From positions 259,664 to 323,663 of the forward strand of contig CAISRB010000011.1 of the NCBI GenBank assembly GCA_903887775.1: 64,000 bases of DNA. The letters run 5' to 3'. The notes beneath the pieces are model-generated. The model was not told the origin of the DNA, ran no database searches, and saw only the letters and a list, made by a program, of their open reading frames with translations. Shown here in pieces: positions 36,611 through 45,859 of the stretch. Made by a program: the position numbers and the translations under genes. Within the stretch, counting starts at the first letter, position 1. Each line of letters begins with the position of its first letter. Source of the DNA: an uncultured Bacteroidales bacterium (lineage in GTDB: Bacteria > Bacteroidota > Bacteroidia > Bacteroidales > FEN-979).

Positions 36611-38272
36611 TTATTTTTTTATTAAATCATTTCCTGATTGAAGAATGGGTATCTTTCGTGATACCGTATAAGCCTCAAACCGGAAAATACAAATATAGCA
36701 TGCTTCAGGAAGAGGGCCTAAATATTTTTCTATTTCTGTTTGCCCTGGCCCTTCTGCTGAATTGCTTATCGTTGCAATCTGAATGCCAAGCATTGAATAA
36801 AGGTCAATGTTAAGAACATTCCTTGCAGCCAGGTTTAAAGAGATCTTCAAATTCCCGTCTTTAAAAAGAATTTTAGTGATCAGCAAATCGCCGGTATTTG
36901 ATTTTTCAGGTATTTCAAGCAGTGAGGAGTCATGGCATTCATATGCGCCTATATCATATTTAACAGGCCATGGCCTGGTCCTTCCGGCAATATCTGAGTT
37001 TAATGAAAATCCGTCTATGGCTGAGCCTGTATTTACAGCGGGGGAGGAGGGCTGAAGGTCATATTTATCTTTGCCCGGATCAATGAATTTAACATCGCTG
37101 GTATCAGGAACCAACAAATTATCCTGCTGTGCGAGGGTTGTCCCTGCTGCTGTTTTAATATAGGATCCCCCGGGGTTAGCTATAATATTATCATATGCAA
37201 TACTATTTACGGCTGATGAGCTTCTGAAATCAATACCGTTTGTCAGGGGCGAAACGATAGTGTTAAATACCAGGTGATAACCTCTTCCTTCTGCAGGAGA
37301 TTGGGTGCCAATGAATATGCCGTGTTTCTGACCTGAGCCGGAAAAACTGTTACCCGGATTAACGATCAGGTTATTATAAATATAATTCCCTCCCTGTCCG
37401 AGTTCATCTATACCATCGCCTTTCCCCTCCTTAATAAAGTTTGAAAAACAATTGCAGGAAGACCCTCCTCCAAGTAGAAAACCGCTCATTTGCCCACTGA
37501 CTTCCGCCTGGCTGTCGTGAAAAATAGTATTATTATTAGTATAGCAGGCTGAGTCGGCGCAGGAAACCTGAATCCCGTCCCATCCGGTATTTTCGACCCT
37601 GTTATTGTAAACATTCAGGCCCCTGATAAAATGAGGGTAAACTACTGTGTCTTTTTGATCGCAGTGCAACGTATAACCGTAATAATAGGAATGCCCGATA
37701 TACATTCCTTCATTGGCAATTTCATGGAGGTAATTATCATGAATACTTATATTTCTCATAACAAAATTGTCCCTGGTCGACTTAAAGCTGCAATCAGGAT
37801 CTGTTTTGGCAACGATACCTGTCCAGCTTGCATTGTAAATCTCAACGCCTGCAAGCTCGATACACGTACTGAGCCCCCCTATACTCACACCGGCATTTGT
37901 CGTACTGATGATAAAACCATAGGTGTTACCTGAAGGATTTCCGATAACCCTGACCCATGAACAGGTATCAAACTTGATCCCATAACTGAAGTTACTGAAG
38001 CTCACCTGCCCCTGGTAATTCTGAACGAGAATAGGGTTTGATTCAGTCCCATGAAGGTTTCTGAGGATCAGGAACTGCCGGGAGGAGGCCGAAAGATAAA
38101 TAGTATCTCCTGGTTTCACCGCGGAGGCATTATTCCGGCCGTCAATAACCGATTTATCCGGCCCGAAAATAAATTGACTGGCCAATCCGGTAAACGGCAA
38201 CAGCAAGAGCCATGTCGTGGCCATCAGATATATATTGAAAATCCTTTTTCTCATAATCGGATTCATGATCAT
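36611..38272 (-). CDS. Secreted right-handed parallel beta-helix repeat protein (candidate glycan lyase/hydrolase/epimerase), possibly with a degenerate T9SS CTD
   Basis: 553 aa. Signal peptide. Repeated N..I.N/hydrophobic-G beta-helix rungs and a DIGAYE motif. The last ~90 aa loosely resemble a Por sorting domain. Confidence 0.65.
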   Translation of the reverse strand: MIMNPIMRKRIFNIYLMATTWLLLLPFTGLASQFIFGPDKSVIDGRNNASAVKPGDTIYLSASSRQFLILRNLHGTESNPILVQNYQGQVSFSNFSYGIKFDTCSWVRVIGNPSGNTYGFIISTTNAGVSIGGLSTCIELAGVEIYNASWTGIVAKTDPDCSFKSTRDNFVMRNISIHDNYLHEIANEGMYIGHSYYYGYTLHCDQKDTVVYPHFIRGLNVYNNRVENTGWDGIQVSCADSACYTNNNTIFHDSQAEVSGQMSGFLLGGGSSCNCFSNFIKEGKGDGIDELGQGGNYIYNNLIVNPGNSFSGSGQKHGIFIGTQSPAEGRGYHLVFNTIVSPLTNGIDFRSSSAVNSIAYDNIIANPGGSYIKTAAGTTLAQQDNLLVPDTSDVKFIDPGKDKYDLQPSSPAVNTGSAIDGFSLNSDIAGRTRPWPVKYDIGAYECHDSSLLEIPEKSNTGDLLITKILFKDGNLKISLNLAARNVLNIDLYSMLGIQIATISNSAEGPGQTEIEKYLGPLPEACYICIFRFEAYTVSRKIPILQSGNDLIKK

Positions 38273-39450
38273 CAGCTTCTTTTTGCTCTTTCCCAGTTTA
38301 CTGACTGTTGTTTCCTGATATACCTGGCAAATCCAAGGTAAACAGCAAGATTCATAATGAAAAAGTAATATGGTACAAAAAAGATCTTCAATTTGATTTT
38401 TCTCTCTTCAAGAAACCAGCCGAACAAAGCCACCATATAAAAGAGTATCTGACCCCAGAAAAGCCAGATGTATATATTCCGGAAATTGAAAAATCCCGCT
38501 TCAGCGGCAACAATTCCTGAACAAACCAGCATAATCAGTAAACCAAGAGGGGCCAGCGTCCATCGAAGCACGCGGTGTGAAATGTACTGGAATGAAAGCA
38601 GTCCGAATTTAAACGGATTAAGCAGTTCCTTCAGCCTGATCACCGACTGTATGCCTCCGGCAGAAATACGGATTTTTCGTTTCAGCTCCTCCCTTACACT
38701 GACTGATGGGTTCTCAATTGCATAGGCTTCAGGATCATACTGAATGGTATATCCCTGTTCAGCAATTCTTAAGGATATAATAAAATCATCAAGCAGGGTA
38801 TCAGGTTCAACAGGTCTGAACAGCTCCGTTCTTAGGGCAAACAGTTCTCCTGCTGCGCCGACAACTGAATATAGTTCAGCATCCCATCTTTTCAGCGTCG
38901 ATTCATATTTCCAGTATATCCCTTCTGTGGCGGCGACGGAATCCTTATTAAATATCCTTTTCTCACCAGACACACAACCAACTTTCAAATCGCTGAAAAG
39001 CGCGACAATCCTTCGTATTGATTCTTTTCCGAGCAGGGTGTTCCCATCTGAAAAGATTGCTATCGGTGTTTTTACAAACTGCATTCCTCTGTTCATTGCT
39101 GCAATCTTTCCTGCCCGAAGAGGCTGGTGATAGACTTCGATCCCTTCATATTCTTTTAATAGCTCGGGAGTCCCGTCGTCAGAACCGTCGGTAACCCATA
39201 CATGCCTGACTTTTTCTTTTGGATAATCAAGGGAGAGCGAATTTCTGATTTTAGCATCAATAAAATCCTTTTCATTATATGCTGTTACGAACAGCGTAAC
39301 TTCAGGTTCAAAGCCTTTCACTTCGAGCTTCTTTTTCTTCCCTGACAAGCGTTTTAACCGGATCAAAATGAACAGGAGTATCCCATATCCAAGGTAAGCA
39401 TAGAAGATTATGATGAAAAATATCCAGATAATAATTTTTAAGGCCAGCAT
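38272..39450 (-). CDS. Family 2 glycosyltransferase with flanking TM helices
   Basis: 392 aa. VTLFVTAYNE, FSDGNT (DxD-like). TM segments at both ends. The QxxRW position reads KRKIRISAG, so it is degenerate. Its stop overlaps the next start (TGATG at 38270-38274). Confidence 0.8.
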   Translation of the reverse strand: MLALKIIIWIFFIIIFYAYLGYGILLFILIRLKRLSGKKKKLEVKGFEPEVTLFVTAYNEKDFIDAKIRNSLSLDYPKEKVRHVWVTDGSDDGTPELLKEYEGIEVYHQPLRAGKIAAMNRGMQFVKTPIAIFSDGNTLLGKESIRRIVALFSDLKVGCVSGEKRIFNKDSVAATEGIYWKYESTLKRWDAELYSVVGAAGELFALRTELFRPVEPDTLLDDFIISLRIAEQGYTIQYDPEAYAIENPSVSVREELKRKIRISAGGIQSVIRLKELLNPFKFGLLSFQYISHRVLRWTLAPLGLLIMLVCSGIVAAEAGFFNFRNIYIWLFWGQILFYMVALFGWFLEERKIKLKIFFVPYYFFIMNLAVYLGFARYIRKQQSVNWERAKRS

Positions 39451-39473
39451 AAGAAGTATTTTACGATGAACAA

Positions 39474-41303
39474 TTAAACCTTACGTTCCCATTGCCTGGT
39501 TTCCTGATTATAGTATTTCAATACTTTGGCCGGATTACCGACTACGATTGAAAACGGGGGTACATCCTTGGTCACTACACTTCCGGCAGCGATCACTGAA
39601 TGCTTCCCCACGGTGACTCCGGCGACAATTACCACATTAGCGCCGATCCATACTTCGTCTTCAATGACTATCATAGAAGTTGATTGTTTCTGCCGGCTGA
39701 TGGGCAATGAAATATCCTCATAAGTATGGTTTAGCCCTGAAATGACGATATTCTGGGCAAACATCACATCGTTCCCGACCCTTACAGGCCCTATGACGGT
39801 GCACCCAATCCCGACCCTGGTATTATCGCCTATATAAACAGGGCCGGCTCCGTTATTCACAGTGGCAAAATCTTCAATGGTTGAATTTACCCCAAGCACA
39901 AAGGGATTCCAGGGAAACACGTCAATGCGGGTCCTCCTGCGTATCCGTGAATGACGGCCTCTTTTGTGTTTAAAGGGATTGTAGAAAAGTTTGACCCATA
40001 ACCTCGGCCTCGCCTGATTTTTGGGAGTGAGTAAATTAATTGCAAGCCTCTTAAGCCTTGGATTAGCCTTTATTTTACCTTCAATTGAATAGCTGTCTGT
40101 AATACCGGCAATCTTTGCTTTGTCTTTTGAAACAATCTCAATGGCCTTATAAATCTCATTTAAATTGGCTTCCCAGGAATGACTCCTTGCAAAAGCTTCC
40201 CTTGCCGTTTCTTTTTCAGGAGTGTTTTCTTTGAGGGCCAGTTCAACGAACTTGAGGTACTCTTCTTTTGAACCGGCCAGGTAGGTGTAGCCTTCAAAAA
40301 CCGACATTGCCTCCGTTCTTGTAGCTACAGTAGGTTTGCCCATTGCCAGATATTCATCAATTTTCCTCGGATAATTCCCGATAGTGACTTCATTAAGGAT
40401 CTGTGGGTTGATTGCCACATCGAAACAATTCAGATAAAAAGGAAGAGTATTGGGGGGCTTGCTGCCAAGAAAATGGACGTTCTGAAGTTTATGAAGGTCA
40501 GAGTTAATAAAAGCTTCATCTTCCGGGCCAATTAAAACGATGCTCCAGTCAGGTCTTTGACTGGCCAGATAAGATATAATCCCGATATCAAGCCTTAATT
40601 TGTACAGGGCTCCTATGTATCCGATGACTGGCCCCCTGATATTTTTAATGTCTTCGGGAATTTCATTTATAAGCTTTTTATTGAATGCAGTAACATCACA
40701 GCCCTGGCCGACATAATAGGAATGCGGGTTGAATTTCCGGCAATAATTTGAGAGGAATACGGAATTTGCAAGAGCAAGGTCAGATTTGTGGATCAGCGCC
40801 GCTTCAATTCTTATACCTTGCTTTTTCCACCAGTTCACCGCGATCAGGTTATCTCTCGAATAATAAATATACAGGGATGCGTTTAACATCTCTTTCAGGT
40901 AAAAACTCCTGAACATGTCGCTGTCGTTAAAGATAACAACATCGGTAAACCCAAGGACATCGGTCGCCTTTCTGATCTCCTTTGCCAAACGCTTGTTATT
41001 GATGCGGTTCAGAAAATCAAATAACCATGGGTTGCCGATCTGGCTTATTGATTCCAGAATTGTTGCCGGGTACAGGTTCCACATGCTTTCCTGGACCTTT
41101 ATCAGGCCATTCTCTTTTCCTTTTACAACGTTGACTCTCTTTATAATTTTCGGATCATTTCTCTCACGCCACATTGTAAAGCGGTCAACAGGGTAGTTGA
41201 CATATAAGACCCTGTGATGTTTTGCAAATTCATAGGCAATGTTGATTGAATTACTGCCGATATCACTATCAAGAGACTGTAATCCTGTTACGACTATATC
41301 CAT
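39474..41303 (-). CDS. Fusion protein: GT-B (family 1/4-like) glycosyltransferase + C-terminal hexapeptide-repeat (LbH) acetyltransferase
   Basis: 609 aa. The N-terminal ~400 aa are GT-B-like (FLGSKP...DVAINP...P.K..EYLAMGKP.V). The C-terminal ~150 aa carry hexapeptide repeats (IGDNTRVGIGCTVIGPVRVGNDVMF...VWIGANVVIVAGVTVGKHSVIAAGSVV). Confidence 0.75.
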   Translation of the reverse strand: MDIVVTGLQSLDSDIGSNSINIAYEFAKHHRVLYVNYPVDRFTMWRERNDPKIIKRVNVVKGKENGLIKVQESMWNLYPATILESISQIGNPWLFDFLNRINNKRLAKEIRKATDVLGFTDVVIFNDSDMFRSFYLKEMLNASLYIYYSRDNLIAVNWWKKQGIRIEAALIHKSDLALANSVFLSNYCRKFNPHSYYVGQGCDVTAFNKKLINEIPEDIKNIRGPVIGYIGALYKLRLDIGIISYLASQRPDWSIVLIGPEDEAFINSDLHKLQNVHFLGSKPPNTLPFYLNCFDVAINPQILNEVTIGNYPRKIDEYLAMGKPTVATRTEAMSVFEGYTYLAGSKEEYLKFVELALKENTPEKETAREAFARSHSWEANLNEIYKAIEIVSKDKAKIAGITDSYSIEGKIKANPRLKRLAINLLTPKNQARPRLWVKLFYNPFKHKRGRHSRIRRRTRIDVFPWNPFVLGVNSTIEDFATVNNGAGPVYIGDNTRVGIGCTVIGPVRVGNDVMFAQNIVISGLNHTYEDISLPISRQKQSTSMIVIEDEVWIGANVVIVAGVTVGKHSVIAAGSVVTKDVPPFSIVVGNPAKVLKYYNQETRQWERKV

Positions 41304-41311
41304 AATTAATA

Positions 41312-42457
41312 TTAATGAGTTTGGCTGGTTTCAATTTCTTTATAAATAGAAAGTACTTTCTCTGCCATGGCTTTCCATGAAAATTTCAATGCATTCTTAA
41401 ACCCTTTGTTAATCAGGTCTGATCTCAGGGATTCATCCCTGAGAAGTTTTTTCATGGCTTCGGTGATCTGCTCAGGTTTAAAGGGATCAATATATAATGC
41501 AGCATCACTGCCAACCTCAGGCATAGAAGATGTGTTTGATGTTATCACAGGAACACCGCAAGACATAGCTTCCAGCATAGGTATCCCGAAGCTTTCCCTT
41601 AGCGAAGGATACAGAAATATTATACAAAGGGAGTAGATGCCTGGTAATTCAGTATTTGGGACATACCCGGTAAGGGTAATATAATTAATGAGCGCCGGAT
41701 CGCCTGTTTCGTTAATCAATTTTGAAAGTTCCTTAATGTCGTAGTCCAGCATAACCAAATGAAGTTTTTCATCCATTTGTTTATTGAACAAAGAAAGAGC
41801 CTGAAGAACACCAATCGTATTCTTTTTAGGGTCTGTATTCCCGAAAAAGAATACAAACCTGTCGGGCAGATTATACTTAATTTTCAGGCCCGACAATTCG
41901 ACCGGGTCCGTTACCGGTTTAAAATGATCGCTCACCCCGTTGTAAACCGCGGAAAGCTTATGCTCATCAATGTGAAAGAAATCTGCAATACGCTGTTTCT
42001 CAAATTCCGATACAGTTATCAGCTTTTTGCATTTTCTGACGACCCTGGGAACAACCATTCTGCGGTACATATTCCCGAATTTCTGATAATTTGAAAACCC
42101 TTTCCCGAAAATACTCAGGCTTTCCATATAAATAATATCATGAAGGGTAACTACCAGGGGAATTGATGTAAAAACAGGGGCCGTATTGCTGGTACAATGC
42201 AGCAGGTCACAACCGGCCTTTCTTGCGGCAGAAGGAAGTGTTTTCTGCTCCCACAAAGGGTATGGCCGGCTTTCGAGTTCGATTACATGGAAGTTCCCCT
42301 CAGATGCAAGACAGGGAGATTCTCCTTTTTTAACAAAAATAAAATACTCATTGCTGTGATCAATCGCCCGAAGATTATTCACCAGTTCGAGAGCGACCAT
42401 ATCCATGCCATGTTTCTTCTTGCGGAATAGCCTTTGACCTTCAATCCCGATACGCAT
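41312..42457 (-). CDS. Family 4 (GT-B, group 1) glycosyltransferase
   Basis: 381 aa. C-terminal LYPSLRESFGIPMLEAMSCGVPVITSNTSSMPEV (E-x7-E region). Confidence 0.85.
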   Translation of the reverse strand: MRIGIEGQRLFRKKKHGMDMVALELVNNLRAIDHSNEYFIFVKKGESPCLASEGNFHVIELESRPYPLWEQKTLPSAARKAGCDLLHCTSNTAPVFTSIPLVVTLHDIIYMESLSIFGKGFSNYQKFGNMYRRMVVPRVVRKCKKLITVSEFEKQRIADFFHIDEHKLSAVYNGVSDHFKPVTDPVELSGLKIKYNLPDRFVFFFGNTDPKKNTIGVLQALSLFNKQMDEKLHLVMLDYDIKELSKLINETGDPALINYITLTGYVPNTELPGIYSLCIIFLYPSLRESFGIPMLEAMSCGVPVITSNTSSMPEVGSDAALYIDPFKPEQITEAMKKLLRDESLRSDLINKGFKNALKFSWKAMAEKVLSIYKEIETSQTH

Positions 42458-42465
42458 TTTCCGGT

Positions 42466-43653
42466 TTATAAATGTGACTGATAATGATGTTCAGTATGAA
42501 TAAACTGCTTATTGGCTTTCCTGATTTTAAAAAGGATAAAGAACATCAGAAGGAAAGCTTTAGGCAGTGAAAACAATGCTTTCAGCGTTTCTTTCGTATA
42601 AAAATAATAGGGTACTGAAAACAGGATAGCAAGAATACAAACGATAAATACAGAGAGCCATAAAATTGCAAATAATGGCGGGGCAAGAACGAAGTTTAGC
42701 AGGCTCATAAAGAAAAGGAATCCCAGTAACATAACCCTTGGAAATAATGAAAACTGCATCGTTTTATCAAAATAGTTAAAATTATTTTTTGAAATCAGGG
42801 CTCTGATGCTGGGAAAAATATCTTTTCCGAAATAAAACAACTGTGAGGCGATCCAGCGCCTGCGTTGTTTATAGAACACTTTTGAATTCTGGACCTTTTC
42901 ATCCAGAACATATGCGTCAGGAATATATTCAATTTCAACAGATGAACTTAACAGCTTTAACTCAAGTTCCTTATCAAAACCTCCTATAGCAGTCAGGCCG
43001 GGAATGAATTCTTTGAAGATATTCACATCAAAGGCCATAGCTGAACCAATCAAAGCAGAGGATAACCCAAGGGCCCTGTGGCCATCACGGAATATATTGT
43101 TGTTTACTTCTTCGCTGATCGCGTCGAGCAGAGCAAAGGAAGTATCTGTGTTTTTTGCTGAACGGTGACATTGGACAACTTTGAAACCGGATTCAAATGC
43201 AAGGTTGAGCTTCCGGAGGCAGTTTGTTTCCATTACGTTATCCGCATCCAGAACGATAACAATTTCGGTATATGAGGGCAGATGATCCATCGCAAGCTGC
43301 AACGAATGTACTTTAGTACTTTCAGCGAAATCAGCGATAACAAGGTTGATTGGATAGGCTTTGAGGGTATCAATGGTTTCGGAAGCAAACGAATCAGCAA
43401 TCAACAGAATATTGATGTTTTCTGCAGGATAGTCCTGCTGGAGTGCAGATTTGATAATGGCTTCAATAATTGAGTCCTCTTTGTAAGCAGTTATCAGAAG
43501 GGTGATGTGGCGGAACCTGGAGAAAGAGGCATAGGAAGGTTTTTTCCTGAAAATACCAGCGATAGCGAAAATAAAAATATATAAAGCATTTCCCGACAGG
43601 TAGACCAGAAAAATGATATCTATGACTTTTGCAATGGTATAAATTATCTGCAT
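42466..43653 (-). CDS. Membrane-embedded family 2 glycosyltransferase, synthase-like (QRRRW motif)
   Basis: 395 aa. TM-GT2-multiTM layout; LITAYKED, LDADN, QRRRW. Colinear paralog of 43673..44863. Confidence 0.8.
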   Translation of the reverse strand: MQIIYTIAKVIDIIFLVYLSGNALYIFIFAIAGIFRKKPSYASFSRFRHITLLITAYKEDSIIEAIIKSALQQDYPAENINILLIADSFASETIDTLKAYPINLVIADFAESTKVHSLQLAMDHLPSYTEIVIVLDADNVMETNCLRKLNLAFESGFKVVQCHRSAKNTDTSFALLDAISEEVNNNIFRDGHRALGLSSALIGSAMAFDVNIFKEFIPGLTAIGGFDKELELKLLSSSVEIEYIPDAYVLDEKVQNSKVFYKQRRRWIASQLFYFGKDIFPSIRALISKNNFNYFDKTMQFSLFPRVMLLGFLFFMSLLNFVLAPPLFAILWLSVFIVCILAILFSVPYYFYTKETLKALFSLPKAFLLMFFILFKIRKANKQFIHTEHHYQSHL

Positions 43654-43672
43654 GTCTCTGTGTTAATACGAT

Positions 43673-44863
43673 CTATCGTTTCTCTGTCTGGACACCATGC
43701 GTTGTATGACCCCAGCTTTTTTTTGCTTTATATATCCTGATAAGTGAAAAGAACATAAAAATAAAGCCTTTCGGCAGAAGGAAGATTGCTTTGAATGTGC
43801 TGTATGTATAATATTTTCGGGGTGTGGAGATCAGCAGGGTGATACCGCAAATCAGTGTCAGGGAGAGCCAGGCAAAGGTATAAATGAACGGATTGAATAA
43901 TATGGAGAGTACTGATGTAATAAACAGGAACCCGATTAAAAATATTCTGGGAGGAAGGAATTGCTGGATCACTTTGTCAAAAAGGTCAATATTTCCCTTC
44001 GTAATCAGTTGCCTGACACTCCATCCAAAGTACTTCCTGGCATAAATAAACTGATTGGCGAGCCATCTGGTTCTTTGAACCATAAAAACTTCTGATTTCT
44101 GTACCTTCTCATCATAAATATAGGCATCATTCAGATATTCAATTTTTATGCCGGCATTAATTAACCTGATCTCAAGTTCTTTATCTTCACCCGTTGAGTC
44201 TATTTCCGAAAGGGAATTTTTAAAAAGCAGGTAATCGAACGCCATGCCGGATCCAATAAGCGCGGAAGATAACCCCAGCACCCTGTGGCCTTTGCGAAAA
44301 ATATGATTATTAATCTCTTCACTCACTGAATCAAGAACAGCAAAAGCAGTATTCCTGTTCTTCGCAGTCCTGTGTCCCTGAATGGCTACATACCCATTAT
44401 TCATAGCTTCATTCATCCTTTTCAGACAATCATTGGCCATGATATTATCAGCATCAAGGATCATGGCCCCTTCATAATCGGGAAGTATCGACATCGCTTT
44501 ATTCAGGGCCCTCGATTTTGAGCTTCTTTCGAAAACCACCTCAATGACTTTGATCGGAAGTTCTTTTAACTTTCTTATCGTCTCTGGCTGAAATGAATCA
44601 GCAATGACGGCGACGTCATAACATTCTTTGGGATAATCCTGTTCGAGGGCCCTTTCTGCTACATTTACGATAACCAGATCTTCTTTGTATCCCGGGATAA
44701 GTACAACAAATCTTTTCGTTTTTTCAGTAAGGGGAGACGGTACATGATGTGTAAACAGGCCTGCGACCGAGAAAATAAGAAAGTATAAGGTTGAAAGGGC
44801 CAGGTAAATGAACACTATCGCCTCTGCGATGGTCAGAGCATATGTAAGGATTTCTTTAGCCAT
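43673..44863 (-). CDS. Membrane-embedded family 2 glycosyltransferase, synthase-like (QRTRW motif)
   Basis: 396 aa. Same layout as its neighbour; LIPGYKED, LDADN, QRTRW. Confidence 0.8.
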   Translation of the reverse strand: MAKEILTYALTIAEAIVFIYLALSTLYFLIFSVAGLFTHHVPSPLTEKTKRFVVLIPGYKEDLVIVNVAERALEQDYPKECYDVAVIADSFQPETIRKLKELPIKVIEVVFERSSKSRALNKAMSILPDYEGAMILDADNIMANDCLKRMNEAMNNGYVAIQGHRTAKNRNTAFAVLDSVSEEINNHIFRKGHRVLGLSSALIGSGMAFDYLLFKNSLSEIDSTGEDKELEIRLINAGIKIEYLNDAYIYDEKVQKSEVFMVQRTRWLANQFIYARKYFGWSVRQLITKGNIDLFDKVIQQFLPPRIFLIGFLFITSVLSILFNPFIYTFAWLSLTLICGITLLISTPRKYYTYSTFKAIFLLPKGFIFMFFSLIRIYKAKKSWGHTTHGVQTEKR

Positions 44864-44898
44864 ATCTGCCGTTCGTCTTTATCTGCTGCGTATCATTG

Positions 44899-44906
44899 CA
44901 AATATA
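44899..44906 (-). promoter_or_regulatory. Possible internal promoter, -7 box TATATTTG, with a TTTG 19 nt upstream
   Basis: It lies in the only sizeable gap (71 nt) inside the glycan locus and uses the same octamer as the box at 55017-55024. Confidence 0.35.
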
Positions 44907-44934
44907 GTCAAAGATGCTCCAAATTCAAAATTGA

Positions 44935-45858
44935 CTAAAGGTATGGGTTATCGTGAATATGATGGTTCAGCATGTTTTTAAAATGCCACCCAATTGCCCT
45001 GACATAGGCATAGAAATACTTCATCTTCCCTTTAATAAGGTATTTCAGGGCATTTTTTGGAATGGCAACGCAGAGCTGGTATAAGGTTCCGAGGTAAAAA
45101 TCTTTTCCCTGGATATTTCTCCTCATAAATACCAGCCTGTTACGGTTCTGATAATAGATTTTTAATGAACTGATCTTCCCGACGGCGATTGATTCTTTAT
45201 GATAAACCAGTGAATTATGGACATACCAGATGGTATAGCCGGCTCTGAGGATACGGTAACTCCAATCAGCTTCCTCATAATAAAGGAAAAAAATATATGA
45301 CATGATACCTACTTCCCTGATTGCTTTCATGGAAACCATCATCGCAGCCCCATGTGCATAAGGAGTTTCCATATCGGTATCATATTGCCCTTTGTCTTTT
45401 TCATTATATCCGATCGCAAAACTTCTCATAGTCCGGTGGTTGATCGGCGTATAGCCTGCGAACTGGATTACGGAACGGTCATAGTAGAACCGGAGCTTTG
45501 AACTGACTGCTCCAATCCTGGGATCTGACTGAAATTTCCGCACCAGGGGTTCCAGGAAATTTTTTTCAACGATCGTATCATTATTAAGCAAAAGAACATA
45601 TTCACCTCTGGCCCTCATAATACCCAGGTTATTCCCTCCGGCGAACCCCATGTTAATATTGCTTTCGTAGAGTACGACTGAAGGATATTTTTCCTTGATT
45701 ACCCTGGGGGTATCGTTTTCAGAGTGATTATCGATGACAATAATCTCAATATTGGGATAAGTAATGCGGGTCAGGGATTCGATAAGCTCAAGAGTGTCAA
45801 CAGAACCGTTGAAGTTAACTGTGATTATCGAAACAAGAGGATTCCCGTTGGTCTGCAC
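44935..45858 (-). CDS. Soluble family 2 glycosyltransferase (rhamnosyl/WbbL-like type)
   Basis: 307 aa. VSIITVNFNG, GFAGGNNLG, LLLNNDT, FFLYYEEADW. Colinear paralog of 45860..46780. Confidence 0.85.
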   Translation of the reverse strand: MQTNGNPLVSIITVNFNGSVDTLELIESLTRITYPNIEIIVIDNHSENDTPRVIKEKYPSVVLYESNINMGFAGGNNLGIMRARGEYVLLLNNDTIVEKNFLEPLVRKFQSDPRIGAVSSKLRFYYDRSVIQFAGYTPINHRTMRSFAIGYNEKDKGQYDTDMETPYAHGAAMMVSMKAIREVGIMSYIFFLYYEEADWSYRILRAGYTIWYVHNSLVYHKESIAVGKISSLKIYYQNRNRLVFMRRNIQGKDFYLGTLYQLCVAIPKNALKYLIKGKMKYFYAYVRAIGWHFKNMLNHHIHDNPYL

Positions 45859-45859
45859 T

